DNA of 64,000 bases, taken from positions 434,001 to 498,000 of the forward strand of contig CDPCPM010000736.1 of the NCBI GenBank assembly GCA_976551045.1, given 5' to 3'. Positions 49,340 to 62,100 of this stretch are shown here, one piece after another (the first letter of the stretch is position 1; the number at the start of each line of letters is the position of its first letter). The notes under the pieces were generated by a model, which saw only the letters and a list, made by a program, of their open reading frames with translations, was not told the origin of the DNA and did not search any database. A program made the position numbers and the translations under genes. The stretch comes from Glaucostegus cemiculus. Lineage: Eukaryota.

Positions 49340-49860
49340 GTCATAGTGTCATGGGATCGTACGGCACAGAAAAGGGCCCTTCGGCCAACTACGTCCATGC
49401 TGACATTTTGTCCATCTACACTAATCATATTTTCCCGCGTTGGGACCTATGTCTTGCCTATTCAGGTGTCTATCTAAATGTTTGTTAAAGGTAGTGCTTG
49501 CATCTAGTTCCACCACCTCCTCTGGCTGCGAGTTCCAGATATCAACCACTCTCTGTGTAAAACACATGTCCTTCAGCTCCTCACCTCTTAATCTATGTCC
49601 TTTTGTTTTCGATACCACTGCCAAGGGGATGAGATGCTGACTATCTTTCTTGTCTATGTCTCTTATAAATTTATACACCTCTTTCAGGTCACCCCTCAGC
49701 CGCTTTCGTTCCAAGGAAAGCAAGTCCAGCCTATACAATTTCTTCTCATATCTAATGCCCTCCAATCCAGGTGACATCACAGTGAATCGCCTCTGAACTC
49801 TCTCCAGCGCAACCACATCCTTCCTACAGTGTGGCGACCTCTGCACACAGTACGCCAAGT
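49340..49860 (-). mobile_element. CR1 LINE 3' fragment
   Basis: RKDVVALERVQRRFT..SLERKRLRGDLKEVYK..FTQRVVDIWNS. Confidence 0.85.
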
Positions 49861-51089
49861 GCAAGTCATACAGGTCAAGGTGAAAGTTGGAGTGGGATGT
49901 GTCTACTAGTCTTATCAACACCATCAATAGTCTCTCCTACCTAACCTAATATTTAGAATATGTAGTCAGGGAGAAAATTACATGTGGAAAGTTTTACCCC
50001 TAAAATACGGTGTGAAAATTAAGGATCAAAATTGAAGATCAATAGCGAACATACGCAAGTGTCAGAAACTCTCCTTTGTCGTGATACAATTTGTAAGATA
50101 GTGCCTGTTTATCATTCTCAGTGTGACTATGCAGTTTAATGCTGGCATTGCTCTTGCGACTGGCTTTCCTCTTTGGTTATGTTAAATATGTTTAAGAGTA
50201 TTTCACTTCTTTCTGCACAAAAGCCGTCAGTTCTTCTTTCGTCGTCTGCTCAATAACACAACACGACATTTTTATTCACTTCCCATAAAGCTACCTCTTA
50301 AAAACCGAACTAAACTAGGTCGTAAATACACGTTTTAGTTAGTCACAGTCTGGCGTTCAATGAGTAGCAGTTTCGGCTCTGGGTCAAACATTGTGGCTTC
50401 ATGTTCTTACACAAGAACAGGAATAAAATAATGTATTGTCTGCAATTCTCTATAAATGTGTTATGACTGGTTTAGGCTGGGTAAATCGGAGAAGCTGTTC
50501 CCTCATCTGCAAACTTAAGAACCAGGAGATACAGATTTAAAGTGAAGGTGCAGGGGACTACAAAGCAACGCAATGAAAACCTTTTCTATGCAAAGTGTAG
50601 CTATGACCTGAATCTCACTGCTTGTCACTAGATGGGGAAGGAGTCAGTCAGGCCTTCCGTGAGGGAATTGGACAGGCATAAGGAAAAAAAATAATAATTC
50701 GCTTGTTACGGTGGAAGTACGTGGGGTGGGATTGGTTGGCATACTCTACCAAAGACTACATAAGTCTCAATGGGTCAAATAGTCACCTGTGTCGAGAAGA
50801 TTGTCCCAATCTTGGATCCAAGCGCAGTGCTAAAGGGGTACTGTGTACACAGAAGTACCATCTTTGGAGTGAAGCATTAACATAAGATACCATCTAACCT
50901 CTCTGGTGGGTCTTACATATCCATTGCGTTATTCTGAAAACAACAGAGGAGTTCTATCCAATGACGTGGCCTACAAATAATCCTTAGCCGTTTAAAGAAA
51001 AAAAAATAAACACTGGTTTACCACAACATTGTTTGTGAGCTCTGGCTGTGAGCCAGTTGACTGGTGTTTCCTAAATCACAACAGTCACT

Positions 51090-52060
51090 GCAAGGTGACA
51101 AATTGGATCCAAACCTGGCTTGGTAATATAGCAGAGGGTGATGGTAGAGGAATGTTTTCTTGATTAGAAGCCTGTGACCAATGGTGAATACGGGAATGGG
51201 TGGGGAGGATAGTCGGTCTACAGAGTGATGCCGATCAGTTGGTCAATGGGCAGAGCAATTGCAGGTGGGATTTAATCTTGGTGACTGTGAAGGTAATGCA
51301 TACTGCAGGGACTAATAAGGATAGGACATCACAAGGAATAACAGGGCCCTGGTACTAAGGAGCAGACGGACCTCAGTACTCACGTCCAAGTATGGCTGGA
51401 GATGTGAACACGGGTAGATAAGGTGGTGAATAAAGAATAGAGAATTTTTCTTTAATTAGCCGGGGCATAAACTCTAAGAGCAAGGAGGTTATGGTACAGC
51501 TTTGTGAAACATTGGTTAAGGTCACAGCCGGGGTACAGTGTGCTGTTCTGGTCGCCACATTATTGGAATGATGTGATCGCATTGGAGAGGGTACAGAGGT
51601 GATTCACCTGGATGTTGCCTGGTGAATGTTTCAGTTATGAGAAGAGGCTTAATAAAGTGGGTTTATTTTTCTTTAGCAGGAGGCTGAGGGCAGAACCCGA
51701 CAGAGATGCATAACATTATGAGAGGCATAGATAGGGCAGATAGTCGGAAACATTTTCCCGTAGCAAAGGTGCCCAAACCTAGAGGGCATTGGGCTCAAGG
51801 TAAGAGGGAAAAGATTTAAAAGGAACCGAAGGAATAGTCTTTTCAGCCAGAGACTGTTGGATTCTGGGGCGCACTGCTTGAGTGGACGAGAGTGGAGGTA
51901 GAGACCGCCGCAACATTTTAACAAATATCTAAATCGCCAAGGCATAGAGCGCTTGGGGCCATGTGCTTTAAACGGGATATGTATAGATAGGCATTTGATG
52001 GACAGCATGGACGTGCTGGGGCGAAAGGTCTGTTTCTGAGCTAAGTGACTGCATGACTTC
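51090..52060 (+). mobile_element. Degraded CR1 LINE 3' portion
   Basis: tggatccaaacctggctt, ttggagagggtacagaggtgattcacc and a typical tail. Confidence 0.75.
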
Positions 52061-53281
52061 CAAAACGACTTCACTGGCTGCAAGGAGACACAAGAGACTG
52101 CGGATGGTGGAATGTAGAGCAACAAACAATCTGCTGGATGAACTCGGGGGTCGAGCAGCATTGGTGAGGGAAAGGGAGTTGTCGACGTTTCTGGTCAAAA
52201 CCCTGATTCAGGACTTCTATTGACTGAAAGCTGCTTTGAGGCATTTCGAGGTTGGTGACGGGATATAATCTTTGTTTTACGAGCATATGGATCCGTACTA
52301 GGCTCTCAAGCCTGCGCCCCTATTCAATAGGACCGAGTCAGAAATGATTCTAACCTCAACTCTGCACTCCCGCCCAATTTCTTAAATGATCAATAATCTT
52401 GTCTATCTTTGCCCTAAAGCCTCCGACCTTTGAGAAAGACAGTTCTAAAGACTCACGGCCCTCTCAGACAAAACTCCCTCATCTCTCGCCTTATTTTTTT
52501 TAAATAGTGACCTCTAGTTCAAGATTCTTCTTCTAGATTCTATTCCCTCCTTTTGCTTCCTTTGTCAGTGACTTGCCCTGGCCGATTCACCTGCTATCAC
52601 GTGTTTGGATTGTGGGAAGAAACTGGAGCTCCCGGGGGAAAAGTACTCGGTCACGGGAAGAACGTGGAACTTGACAGCACCCGAGGTCAGGATCGAACTC
52701 TCGTCCTGATACTGTGAGACAGCAGCACTAACTGCTGCGCCACCAACATCGGGTTGATTCTCAGGAAATTTCAACTAAACGCGCATTAACCTGTGCCCTT
52801 TGTGAACAGTTTCAAACATAGTCATGTTTCAGTGTTGGTTAATGGGGTCGATTATCGTCCCCTGAAGACATTAACTAACCGATTAGGTTTTGTTTTACGA
52901 TAAGCGGTAACCTCCTGATCACCACTGCGGACATTGGATCCATGTGATTAACTCAGATGCTTCAATGGGATTTGTAATCGTTTCTGGGTCATTGCTCCAT
53001 TCTCTGGACAAGTTGTCCAATAGTTTGGTCACTGTGTATAAATCAATTTTAACAGTTTAGCCTTTTTTTTCCTGTTATGCTTATGCACTATTAGTTTTCC
53101 TAAAGAAATCTTATTTAATCTCAAAATTGTTTCCCAATATAATTTAGAAATTAATAAGATCGCAGGCGCTGTTGTGCACCTGGGGCCAATGTCTCCGTGC
53201 GATGTTCAAAGGGCTTAGCCACACTTTGCGGCTAATCTAGTCACATGAGCGGTCGTGTTGTACTGGAGCCATAGTACCAAA

Positions 53282-53339
53282 ATGGACGGTGTTCACAAGT
53301 GGACGCTTTGGACCTTCGTGGCAAAACTTATATCCGCCG
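53282..53339 (+). CDS. Gene D leader exon MDGVHKWTLWTFVAKLISA(G)
   Basis: aaATGG start, 58 nt, phase-1 donor GCCG|gtgagt matching the V acceptor phase. Confidence 0.75.
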
Positions 53340-54556
53340 GTGAGTCACTCTCTTGTAATCTTTACCATGTAATTCCAAATATATTGTAACTTTGAAAGTG
53401 TGTGGATATCTCAGGCTGTTTCCTAATGCAGAGGAGTACAGGAATTGAAATGTCATGTTATAACTGTTCTAGTTTTAGACTCCACTAGTTTAGGGGGGGA
53501 AAGAGACTGTGATTATACTCCTCATGATTTTATCAACCTTTTTAGGTGCCCCTACACTCCTGGGGGGAAAAAAAGTCGCAGCCTATCCAAGCCCTCCCTA
53601 AAACTCAAGCCCTCCAGTCCCCGCAGTTGAAGGGCTTGAGTATAAGCAGATTACCCAATGTATTACCGTTTTCCTCGGTCACAGTGTTGAGCCAGTTGAG
53701 ATTCTGGTCAACACTGAGCTCCTGGTTAACACTTGGAGTAAAAGGTAGACGGAGGAATTCGGCGATGATGTTTTGAATAAAAAGAGGCACAAAACAGTGA
53801 TGATAAAACCACACATTTTATAATTTGGGTTATAGCTTCGCCGGAGGGGATCTCTGTCAATCCTGTAGGAAGTCACTGATGGAGAAAGGCTTTCCCTGTA
53901 CACTCTAGGAGTGCTGACTGAGATCAAAGTGGCCCAGACTCCGAGCTCGGTCACTGCAACGCAAGAAGGGTCGGTGCAGCTGACCTGCACTTTGGAGGTG
54001 ATCTCATCCTCCGTCGGGAAGCTTGGCTGGAGACGGGCCTCGCTGGACCTGGAGATAAATGACCAGATTCCGTTCTATCGGGGCTGCGTGGTCAGATCTG
54101 GTCAGAAGTTATTTGCCCAGAAGACGGCGTTCATTGAAATCAACGATTTGACGAAATTCGACTCGGATCTTTACGTCTGCGAGGTGGAGGTTCCGGGGGT
54201 TGGAAAGGGAAAAGGGAATGGGACAGCACTTAATGTAATCGACAGTAAGTAGAAAACATTGGAGATGACTGTAAGAGTGTAACAGCGCTGTGACTATTAA
54301 TGTGTGATAGGCTTTGCGATTTGTCTGCGTTAGCTTGAAAGCACACTGCTCACTGTCCGTCTCCTGAGGTGAAAGGAATGGGGTCGGAGTGAAACATTAA
54401 CGCCACCCAATTGATGGTTGCCTCGCTTCCCGCAAGTGAAACTCGAATAATATTACATTCATTCAGGACTCTGCTGCCGTTCAGCATAAGGCGCGGCACA
54501 GTGGCACAGCTGTCACTCTCAGTTACCGGGTTCGATCCTGACCTCCGGTTCTGTCT

Positions 54557-54589
<33 letters not shown>

Positions 54590-55610
54590 GAGTCGGCACG
54601 TTCACCCTGTGACCACCACCCCCACCCCGGGTGCCCCGGTTTCCTCCCACATCCCAAACGACGTGAGGGTTGATAGGTTAATTGCCCGCTCTACATTGTC
54701 CCCTGTTTGTGTGTGCGTGCCTTACAGAACCCCGGGGAAGAGTTGATGGGAATGTGGGGAGAATTAAAAGGGAGATCGTGTGAATGGGTAGCACGGTCTC
54801 GGTGGGCCGAGGGGCCTGTTGCCGTGCCGTATGCCTCCACGGCACTGAAACACGTCTAAAATGTCTCCAGATGCGCAATTGCGGTGCCTTGTGTAACCTA
54901 TAGCATAGGGAGTGGGATTTAACTTCATAACTCGATACCAAGGTCAGGACTGAGCCCAGGTCTCTGGCGCTGTGAGGCAGCGGTTCTACTGCGCTGGCCG
55001 TGTGTAGTATTGGTGGAAATGAATCTTGGCACTGTCAGCGCAAGGAATGTCCAGCGATTCTCTCCTGCCAGTAGACAGTACAAGAATGTTTAACTGTACT
55101 GATGGGAAGGCGGTCTGCATTGGAATTGCCACAGGCGCTTCACAACATCCATGATCTCTATTAAATGGCGGAGCAGACTCCAGAGGCTTCCACTTCCGAT
55201 GCTCGCGTGAATGTTAAAAGATACGTGAAATAAGGTGTGTTTGCAATCTTACCCCAGAGCAGGAAACCGAGTGTTCTCCCGGAAACAAAGGTGACTTCTT
55301 CCCTTTGCTGGTGGGAGCCGTTTGTTTGTCCATCCTTGCGAAAATTCTCCAGATATCTCGGCTATACTGCCAGGTTAAAGGTAATTTCTATTTTTCCGCC
55401 TTTCCGAATTGTTCTGACAGTCCGTGATTTTTTTCTAACCTTGTGATTTTAATTTTCCTTTGAATATAGCGCGCCTGGAGCTCAAGGGGTATGTATAATG
55501 TGTTTGCAGCTATTTTCACTTCAGCAGATGCAGAATTTCACTGCGTTGAATTTGATATTTTTCTTGCAGGTCGCATAGGGCAACTCGAGGGAAAACACAT
55601 GAATTATACT
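53282..55610 (+). CDS. NCR3: Gene D (spliced span, 3' end unresolved): NKp30/NCR3-like receptor with stalk cysteine
   Basis: Leader 53282-53339, V 53909-54244, TM 55258-55380, candidate tail 55570-55610. The F-G region YVCEVEVPGVGKGKGNGT closely matches remembered NKp30 YVCRVEVLGLGVGTGNGT. The symbol denotes family only. Confidence 0.75.
53909..54244 (+). CDS. Gene D V exon (VJ-type Ig V-set domain)
   Basis: cactctag|GA ... GACA|gtaagt; 336 nt. Motifs LTC..LGW..DSDLYVC..GNGTALNV. Confidence 0.92.
54490..54845 (+). mobile_element. V-SINE copy with internal (TG)n in gene D V-TM intron
   Basis: ggcacagtggcacag head, ccccgggtgccccggtttcctcccacatccc core. Confidence 0.75.
55258..55380 (+). CDS. 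Gene D stalk/TM exon (K)QETECSPGNKGDFFPLLVGAVCLSILAKILQISRLYCQVK(G)
   Basis: ttaccccag|AG ... AAAG|gtaatt; 123 nt phase 1-1, open, hydrophobic core. Confidence 0.75.
55570..55610 (+). CDS. Gene D candidate cytoplasmic exon (G)RIGQLEGKHMNYT; read-through adds VREQIS*
   Basis: Strong acceptor tttttcttgcag|GT and possible donor ACT|gtaagg. The downstream exon was not identified. Confidence 0.5.
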
Positions 55611-56596
55611 GTAAGGGAGCAAATTTCCTGAGGTTGGCCAGTCTCATCAATGGAAGTTGAACGCGGTAATGTTCCTGGTTCTTGTTTTTCGATCGTGACC
55701 TTCCACGCAATACTTGGTTGTTCAACACTGGGTGAGACTGACTTTTAAGTCAACAGTGAATAAACACCGCAGTGCATAAACTCAATTCGCCAGTATGAAC
55801 GTGATGGGCAGAGTGGCCATCTTCAGCACCGGTACTTTCTGGAATATATTTTAAAGCGGAGGTTGATAGATTCTTCATTAGTGAGGGTGTCAAATGTTAC
55901 CGGGGGAAGGCGGGAGAATGGGGTTCAGAGGGAAAATAATCAATCAGCCATGATCGAATGGTGGAGCAGACTCGAGGACCGAATGGCCTAATTCTGCTGC
56001 TGTGTCTTATACATTGATAGCCAAACGCAAGTCACACTTTTTCCAGTGCCTGAGTGGATGGGATAAGTGTGGCCAAGAGCGCCAGGCTCAGTGCACTCAC
56101 GGGTCAATTATGTCTGAGCCACCGCCCATGACAGGTCGAGAAACGTGGGTCGAGAAAGAGCTCATCACCGAAAAGAAACGTGTTCCATGACAGAAGTATT
56201 GATTCGTGAACCTAATGAGGTATTAAACTAGACAGTGCGTGGAGTCAAGCAGCATGGAATTAGGCCTTTAGGTATATCATACCCATGCCTAGCATCAAAT
56301 ACCATTCTATGTTAATCCTATTTTCCACTACTTGGCCCGTTCTTGCCTTGGTCTGTTGATTGCACGGCCCATCCCAATCTGTTTCAGGTACGGCTGACGA
56401 ACTGATGTCAAATGAAGCACGCTGGAACTATCCATTTCTCTTCACCTTGGATTCCAGCCACACACAATCCTTCATTCCCCGATTGCGGTAAATCAATGTT
56501 TCCGTAGTTCTACACCAGGCAGATCTCCCGTTAGTCACATCAGGGGCATTTTTGTCCCTATCACCTGCTGAAATCCCTCTTCTTCTTTTGTTTGCT

Positions 56597-56900
56597 GGTG
56601 GCGCAGCAGATAGAGCCGCTGCCTCACCGCTCCAATGACGCAGGTTCGATCCTGACCTCCGGCGTTGTCTGTATGGCCTTTGAACATTCTCCCTGTGCAG
56701 CGGGTTGCCTACTGTACCCCCCCCCCTCCACCCCAACATCCCAGAGACGTGCAGGTTGGTAGATTAATTGCCCCTAGTTTGTCGGTGAGTGATAGAATTC
56801 AGAGGGAGTTAATGAAGACGTGGAGAAAATAAAATGGGTTTGATGTAGTGTAAATCGTTGTTTGATGGTCGTTGCGGACTCGGTGGACTGTTTCCATGTT
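56597..56900 (+). mobile_element. V-SINE copy
   Basis: ggtggcgcagcagatagagccgctgcctcac..ggttcgatcctgacctccgg head. Confidence 0.7.
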
Positions 56901-59299
56901 GGGCCACTAAATGCTTGTATTCCTCTCATTGGTTGGCAGTGTTGTCAATCACCTGATGTAAGTACTGTATGTATCACTAATCACTGTATGTAACCATTGA
57001 AAATTTTATGTTCGTTTTACAGATATAATTGAAATGCCGGTAAGAATTCTTAATGTTGCTTATATATATGAAGTCCTGCCGGTTAGATGATTTGGTGGAA
57101 TTACTTATTCATGGATAGTGCGTGCGGATGAGGTTTGGAATGTTGTTCTATTCCTGACTGGCCATCAGCCGAGTGGTGTGTTGGACCATTTCAGGTGGCA
57201 GTTAAGTGCATTGTCTTAGGTACAGTAGACCAAGTCGCCATATGAATCCTGTGGCTGGGCTGGGAGAATGTGGACACGCTCCTCCATCGACTGCCTATGG
57301 GAGTTCCGGCCTGAAATTGTCCTCCTGTAGCTCAAAGCGCCCCCTGATGTCCAGCACCGGAGGCTCCGCTCCGCGTCAGCTGGAACGGCGAGCAAAGTGG
57401 GTTTATTTTGTTCACCCCTACTCGGTGTAACATTAACGGGCGTTTACTACGCGCGTAAGTTTCCGTTTCCAATCAGTCCATCCTGTTCCCGCTGTGGGAT
57501 CTTGCCGTGCCAAAATTTGTCTTGCCTCTTTTCTTTCCACGGTGTTTTTCGGGTGGAAATCGCATTGAGATATCCTGGTGTGGCAGAAGGCGTTCAGTGA
57601 AAGCGGATTCTGGGGTTTGGTAGGGAGCACTAGTTGCTCTCAACAATTGAAGACCCCTGCCTATGCTGGCCGATTTAATGTGCATAGAAAAACGCAATTA
57701 GAATTGGTTTTTAAAAATGCGATTATTCTTTTAAATTCTAGGTCACACCTTCCTGTCCAAGGCCGGGGAGATCCCACCAGTTTACAGCAGTTTCCTCCTT
57801 CCTGGCGGCAACGCAATTGACGCGCCTGCCTTGAAGGAGGAGTCCATCCCTTAAAACAATAGTCCTGCGCCAAAACCATATCACGGTGGGGCTATGCAAA
57901 ACTCGAGGAAAATTGGGCGCTGGAACCAATAGAGATCGAAGCTGATTCATATTTTGATGGGCACAGCTTATATTTGGACAGTTTGCATCTCACCACAGTT
58001 TATACTTGGAGAGTTGTGTCTGAACACGGTTTACGCTTGGAGAGCTAGTATCTAAAATGACTTTGCAACGTTAGTAATATTGAACGTCAGAATCTCTGCT
58101 TATGCATTTTTCTGCCAGTTAACGTCTTATCTGCTTTTCGTCAGCTGTGGAACCGGGGAGATGTGAATTCGAACCCAGCTCAAGATTTGAGTGCAAAATT
58201 CATCTGACATTCGCACTGAAAGGCTGTGCCATGGGTACTGTCTTTTGCATAGTACTCTGTCCTCTCAAGCAGGTGAAAGAGTCTTTGCTGTCGTGGAGAA
58301 GGGCCAATGTGGTTATGCCTGCAGGCAACCTCTTACCATATTGCCGGATTATACGTTGTATACTGAATTGTGCAAGTCGTTGTGTTTGCCTACCTCATAC
58401 TGCGGTAGTGTGGTCCACCAGCAGGGGGAGTACGAAGATCAAAGTAAAGGCTGCATGCAGATGTACAGCACATATCTCTCTTTCGCCCTTTACATCATAA
58501 TAAGGTTATGGTCAAATAATAAATAGAACATAAATCGAAACCTCGCCGTATTTGCCTGGTTGAAAGCATTTCGATATGCTCAGAGGTACACAAGACGGCA
58601 AAACAAATGCTAATCGTTTATTCAATAGGACATGAAATGTGGATGAAACCGTGGACACAAAATGATTGTAAACAAATAACCATCAATAATAAAATGGCAT
58701 CTTGTCTGTAATGCAAATCCTCAATTTTTGGTAAACGCATCCAAGGGCTTCTTTACATGTACCTTCTCAAAATAAGATACGAAAAAAAAAACAAAAGTTG
58801 GAGCAGTGTTGGGTGTTGTATCCTGGGAGGACAGGGGTTAATGCGGAACATTGCATCAAGTTTAAACCGGTGGTCAGGGAACAGAAAGAGACCTCGAGGA
58901 GACAGAAGGGACTGAATGTGCAAGAATGTGGAGCAAAATGGAACTGCCCAAGAACTGAGCAGCTGCTGAGGGAAAGGAATGGTCGACCTTAAAATCAAAA
59001 GGGCAGCTTAAGAACAAGGAAAAATAAACTTGAGGGGATTTATAGATTTGATATCTTCAATTTTAAGATGGTAACTGAGTGCATACTGGGATTAACATGA
59101 GCAAATCAGACCTAATACTGAACACCCTGGGATATGCATACAATAGGCAGAAACAGTGTGCAGCCAGAATCATGGCACCAAGTAGCAGGGAACAGCCCAC
59201 TGTGTCTATACCAATTATCAAATAATAACTATACTACTCCCATTAACCAGCTCTTGGTCTGTGCCCTAGTGATTCCAGGTACTTCTTAAACGTTGGACC

Positions 59300-60990
59300 A
59301 GATACAGGAACAGATTTAGGACATTCAGCCCATCTAGTCCGGTGTGCTTTTCCAACTATGGCTGATTCTTTTCCAACCCCATTCTCCCGCCTTCTTCCCG
59401 TAATGCTTAACCACCTTCACCAATCAAGAACCCATCAATCTCTGCCTTAAACACACCCAGTGACTTGGCCTCTACCACCCTCTGTGGCAACGAATTCCAC
59501 AGATTCACCGCCCTCTGGCTGAAGAAATTCCTCCTCGTCTCAGTTCTGAAGGGACGCCCCTTCATTCTGAGGCTGTGCCCTCGGATTCTGGACACTCCAC
59601 GTGCATTCTATCTGGTGGGTTTTGTTGAGATCCTCCCCCTTCCTCTTCCCCACCAACCCCCACACCGCCCTCATCCTGCCTCCACCACCTTCTCACTTAA
59701 GGATTCTGACCACCCTGGGTGAAAACAATTCTTCCTCAAATCCCTTTTAAACCTCTTGCTCCTCACCTATGACATCCAGTCCTCTTGCTCCTCACCTATG
59801 ACATCCACCTGCCACAGGGAAACATTTCCTACCACCTGCCCTACCTAAACTTATCTACAATAATTTTTGTACACTTCAGTCTATCCAAATAAGTGAAACA
59901 CTCCACCTTGGGACACATCCTGGTGAACTTCCTCTGCACCCTCTCCAGTACAATCACATCCTTCCTGTACTGCGGTGACTAGAACTGCACACAGCACTAA
60001 CTTCAGTCTAACCAACCTACCTACTTGCCCTGCCACCTTCAGGGATCTTTGGACATGTAACCTAGTTCCCCTGTCCCTAGGCCCTACCACCAATGCTGTA
60101 TGTCCTGTTAGACACCCCTCCCAAAATGTATCACCTCACACTTAGAATTAAAATTCCATCTACCGTTGTTCTGCCTGACCTTGACCTGCCAGCTGATCAA
60201 CATCATTCTTTACCCTGAGACTACCGTCCTCACTCAATACCACCAATTTTCATGTCATCTGCAAATTTGCCAATTATGCCTCCTGCAGTCACATGGCAGT
60301 TGCTAATAAAGGTTAGTGTTTTCATCTGTAAGATTAACTGTTTTTCCTCCTCTTTGCAGACACTTGCTGAGAATTTCAAACATTGTTTGGTCTCTGGTTT
60401 ATCAGCAGCTGACCAGCATGTTACAGCTTTTAAACAGTCTGACTGGTGAAAAAGTCACTGTCCACTCAATCTATGCCTTACCATCTTGTACACACCTATC
60501 GAGCAACCTCCCATCCTCCTCTCCAAAGAGAAAAGCCCCAGCTCGCCCAACCTATGCTCATAAGACATGTTCTCCAATCCAGGCAGCATCCTGGTAAATC
60601 TCCTCTGCACCCTCTAAAGCTTCTACATCCTTCCTATAATGGTGATCAGAACTGAATACAATACTCCAAGTGTGGTCCAACCAGAGTTCTATAGAGCTGC
60701 AGCATTAACTCACGGCTCTTGAACTCAATACCCCGACTAATGAAGGCCAACACACCAGACGCCTTCTTAATACTACCAACTTGTGCAGCAACCTTGAGGG
60801 ATCAATGTACTTGGACCCCAAGATCCATCTGTTCCTCCACACCGTTAGAGTCCTGCCATACTCTGCCTTCAAATTTGATCTTCCATAACGTATCACTTTA
60901 CACTTATCCAGGTTGAACTCCATCTGCCACTTCTCAGCCTAACTCTGCATCCTATCAATATCCTGTTGCAGTCTACAGAAACCTTCTACG
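59300..60990 (-). mobile_element. Cluster of CR1 LINE fragments
   Basis: SRIRGHSLRMKGRPFRTETRRNFFSQRAVNLWNSLP; MEFNLDKCKVI; LQQDIDRM. Confidence 0.8.
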
Positions 60991-61299
60991 CTAATTTTAA
61001 TTGTGCCAGCTAAGGGAGAAAAAGAATGGAGGACAGCAATCTTTAGAAACAAAAATGCCAAGTGTACCCAAGGCTCTAAACAGAATCTTTGTCTGGGTGA
61101 CAATAAATATCCACCTATATTCAAAACAGAAGCAAAGAGTTAAAATTTGCAAAGTACTTTATTTTTCTTTGAAGAGTTGCTTACAAAAGGGGAGAGACAA
61201 TACAAAAAAATACGGACAAAGCACCAAGTGATTAGCTCTTCCGCGTGCTCTCACTTCAGGGAAGGTTGAGGTGAATCGCTGGTTGATCAGGCTGCAGTG

Positions 61300-62100
61300 T
61301 CAAAGGGAATATCATCTGCGAAGACTGATTTTACACATACAATGACAATCCAGAACTTGAGAAGAGTATTCAGGCCTTCAGACCAGTTGTCGCACAGCTC
61401 GAATGAGAGGCAATTTCAACTTCAAGTGGTCATCCCGGGTTTGGATCACTGCGTAACGAAAGACCCACAAACTAGCCAGATATTTCCACTTTCGTCCATC
61501 GAGCGGTGTTAGTTAAAGAATTGGGCTGTTCTTCCAACGTTCGGTTGATACACCCTGGCAGAGGGGGTCAAGTGAACACGACCACACAAGTCAAGCGCCC
61601 GACCAACACTGCACGTTTGCATGAACATTTATCCCTGCACTGAACAAAGTTGGCCATCCTCTGCAGGAATACTAAACCAAAGAGCTACTTAATTGTATTA
61701 ACGCTGCCAAATAGGACAATCAATCATGCTCAACTATACTGGGCTATTAACATACCCCCGTTATGAATCATCCCAAAGTTTGTGTTAGCAACGGAGAATC
61801 TGCACTTCTGCAGCGCCAACTTTAACTGGTGTTATACCGGGAGCAATGTGGGAAGAGGAGAGTGCGGGAACCAGCGGCGCCCGCTGCCCACACCCGGAAC
61901 AACAAGCAGTTCCCAGCAGTTGCTGCAAATGCAAACTGTTGCTGTCATCTGGGCAGTACTTGGTGAGGTGGAAATACAAGCCTTGTTGCATTGATTTGGG
62001 TACATAACTGGTTGGTTCCGAATTAGATCAGAGGTGGTAGGGATCCCACCTCACTACGCTGTTTGGCACAGGAACAGCTTAAAATACACCTTCCTTCAAA
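61300..62100 (-). mobile_element. Heavily degraded LINE RT fragment (tentative)
   Basis: Degenerate YxDD-like KYCPDDS with downstream LINE-like fragments. Confidence 0.35.

Noticed and set aside
6346-54244. Interpretation as a rearranging TCR, Ig or IgNAR locus
   Set aside because: No RSS-flanked V, D or J segments and no C1 constant-domain exons were seen. The V exons end in splice donors and link to TM exons.
59752-59807. 27-bp direct duplication as a regulatory or CRISPR-like repeat
   Set aside because: Only two copies with a 2-nt spacer inside a CR1 fragment; an ordinary slippage duplication.
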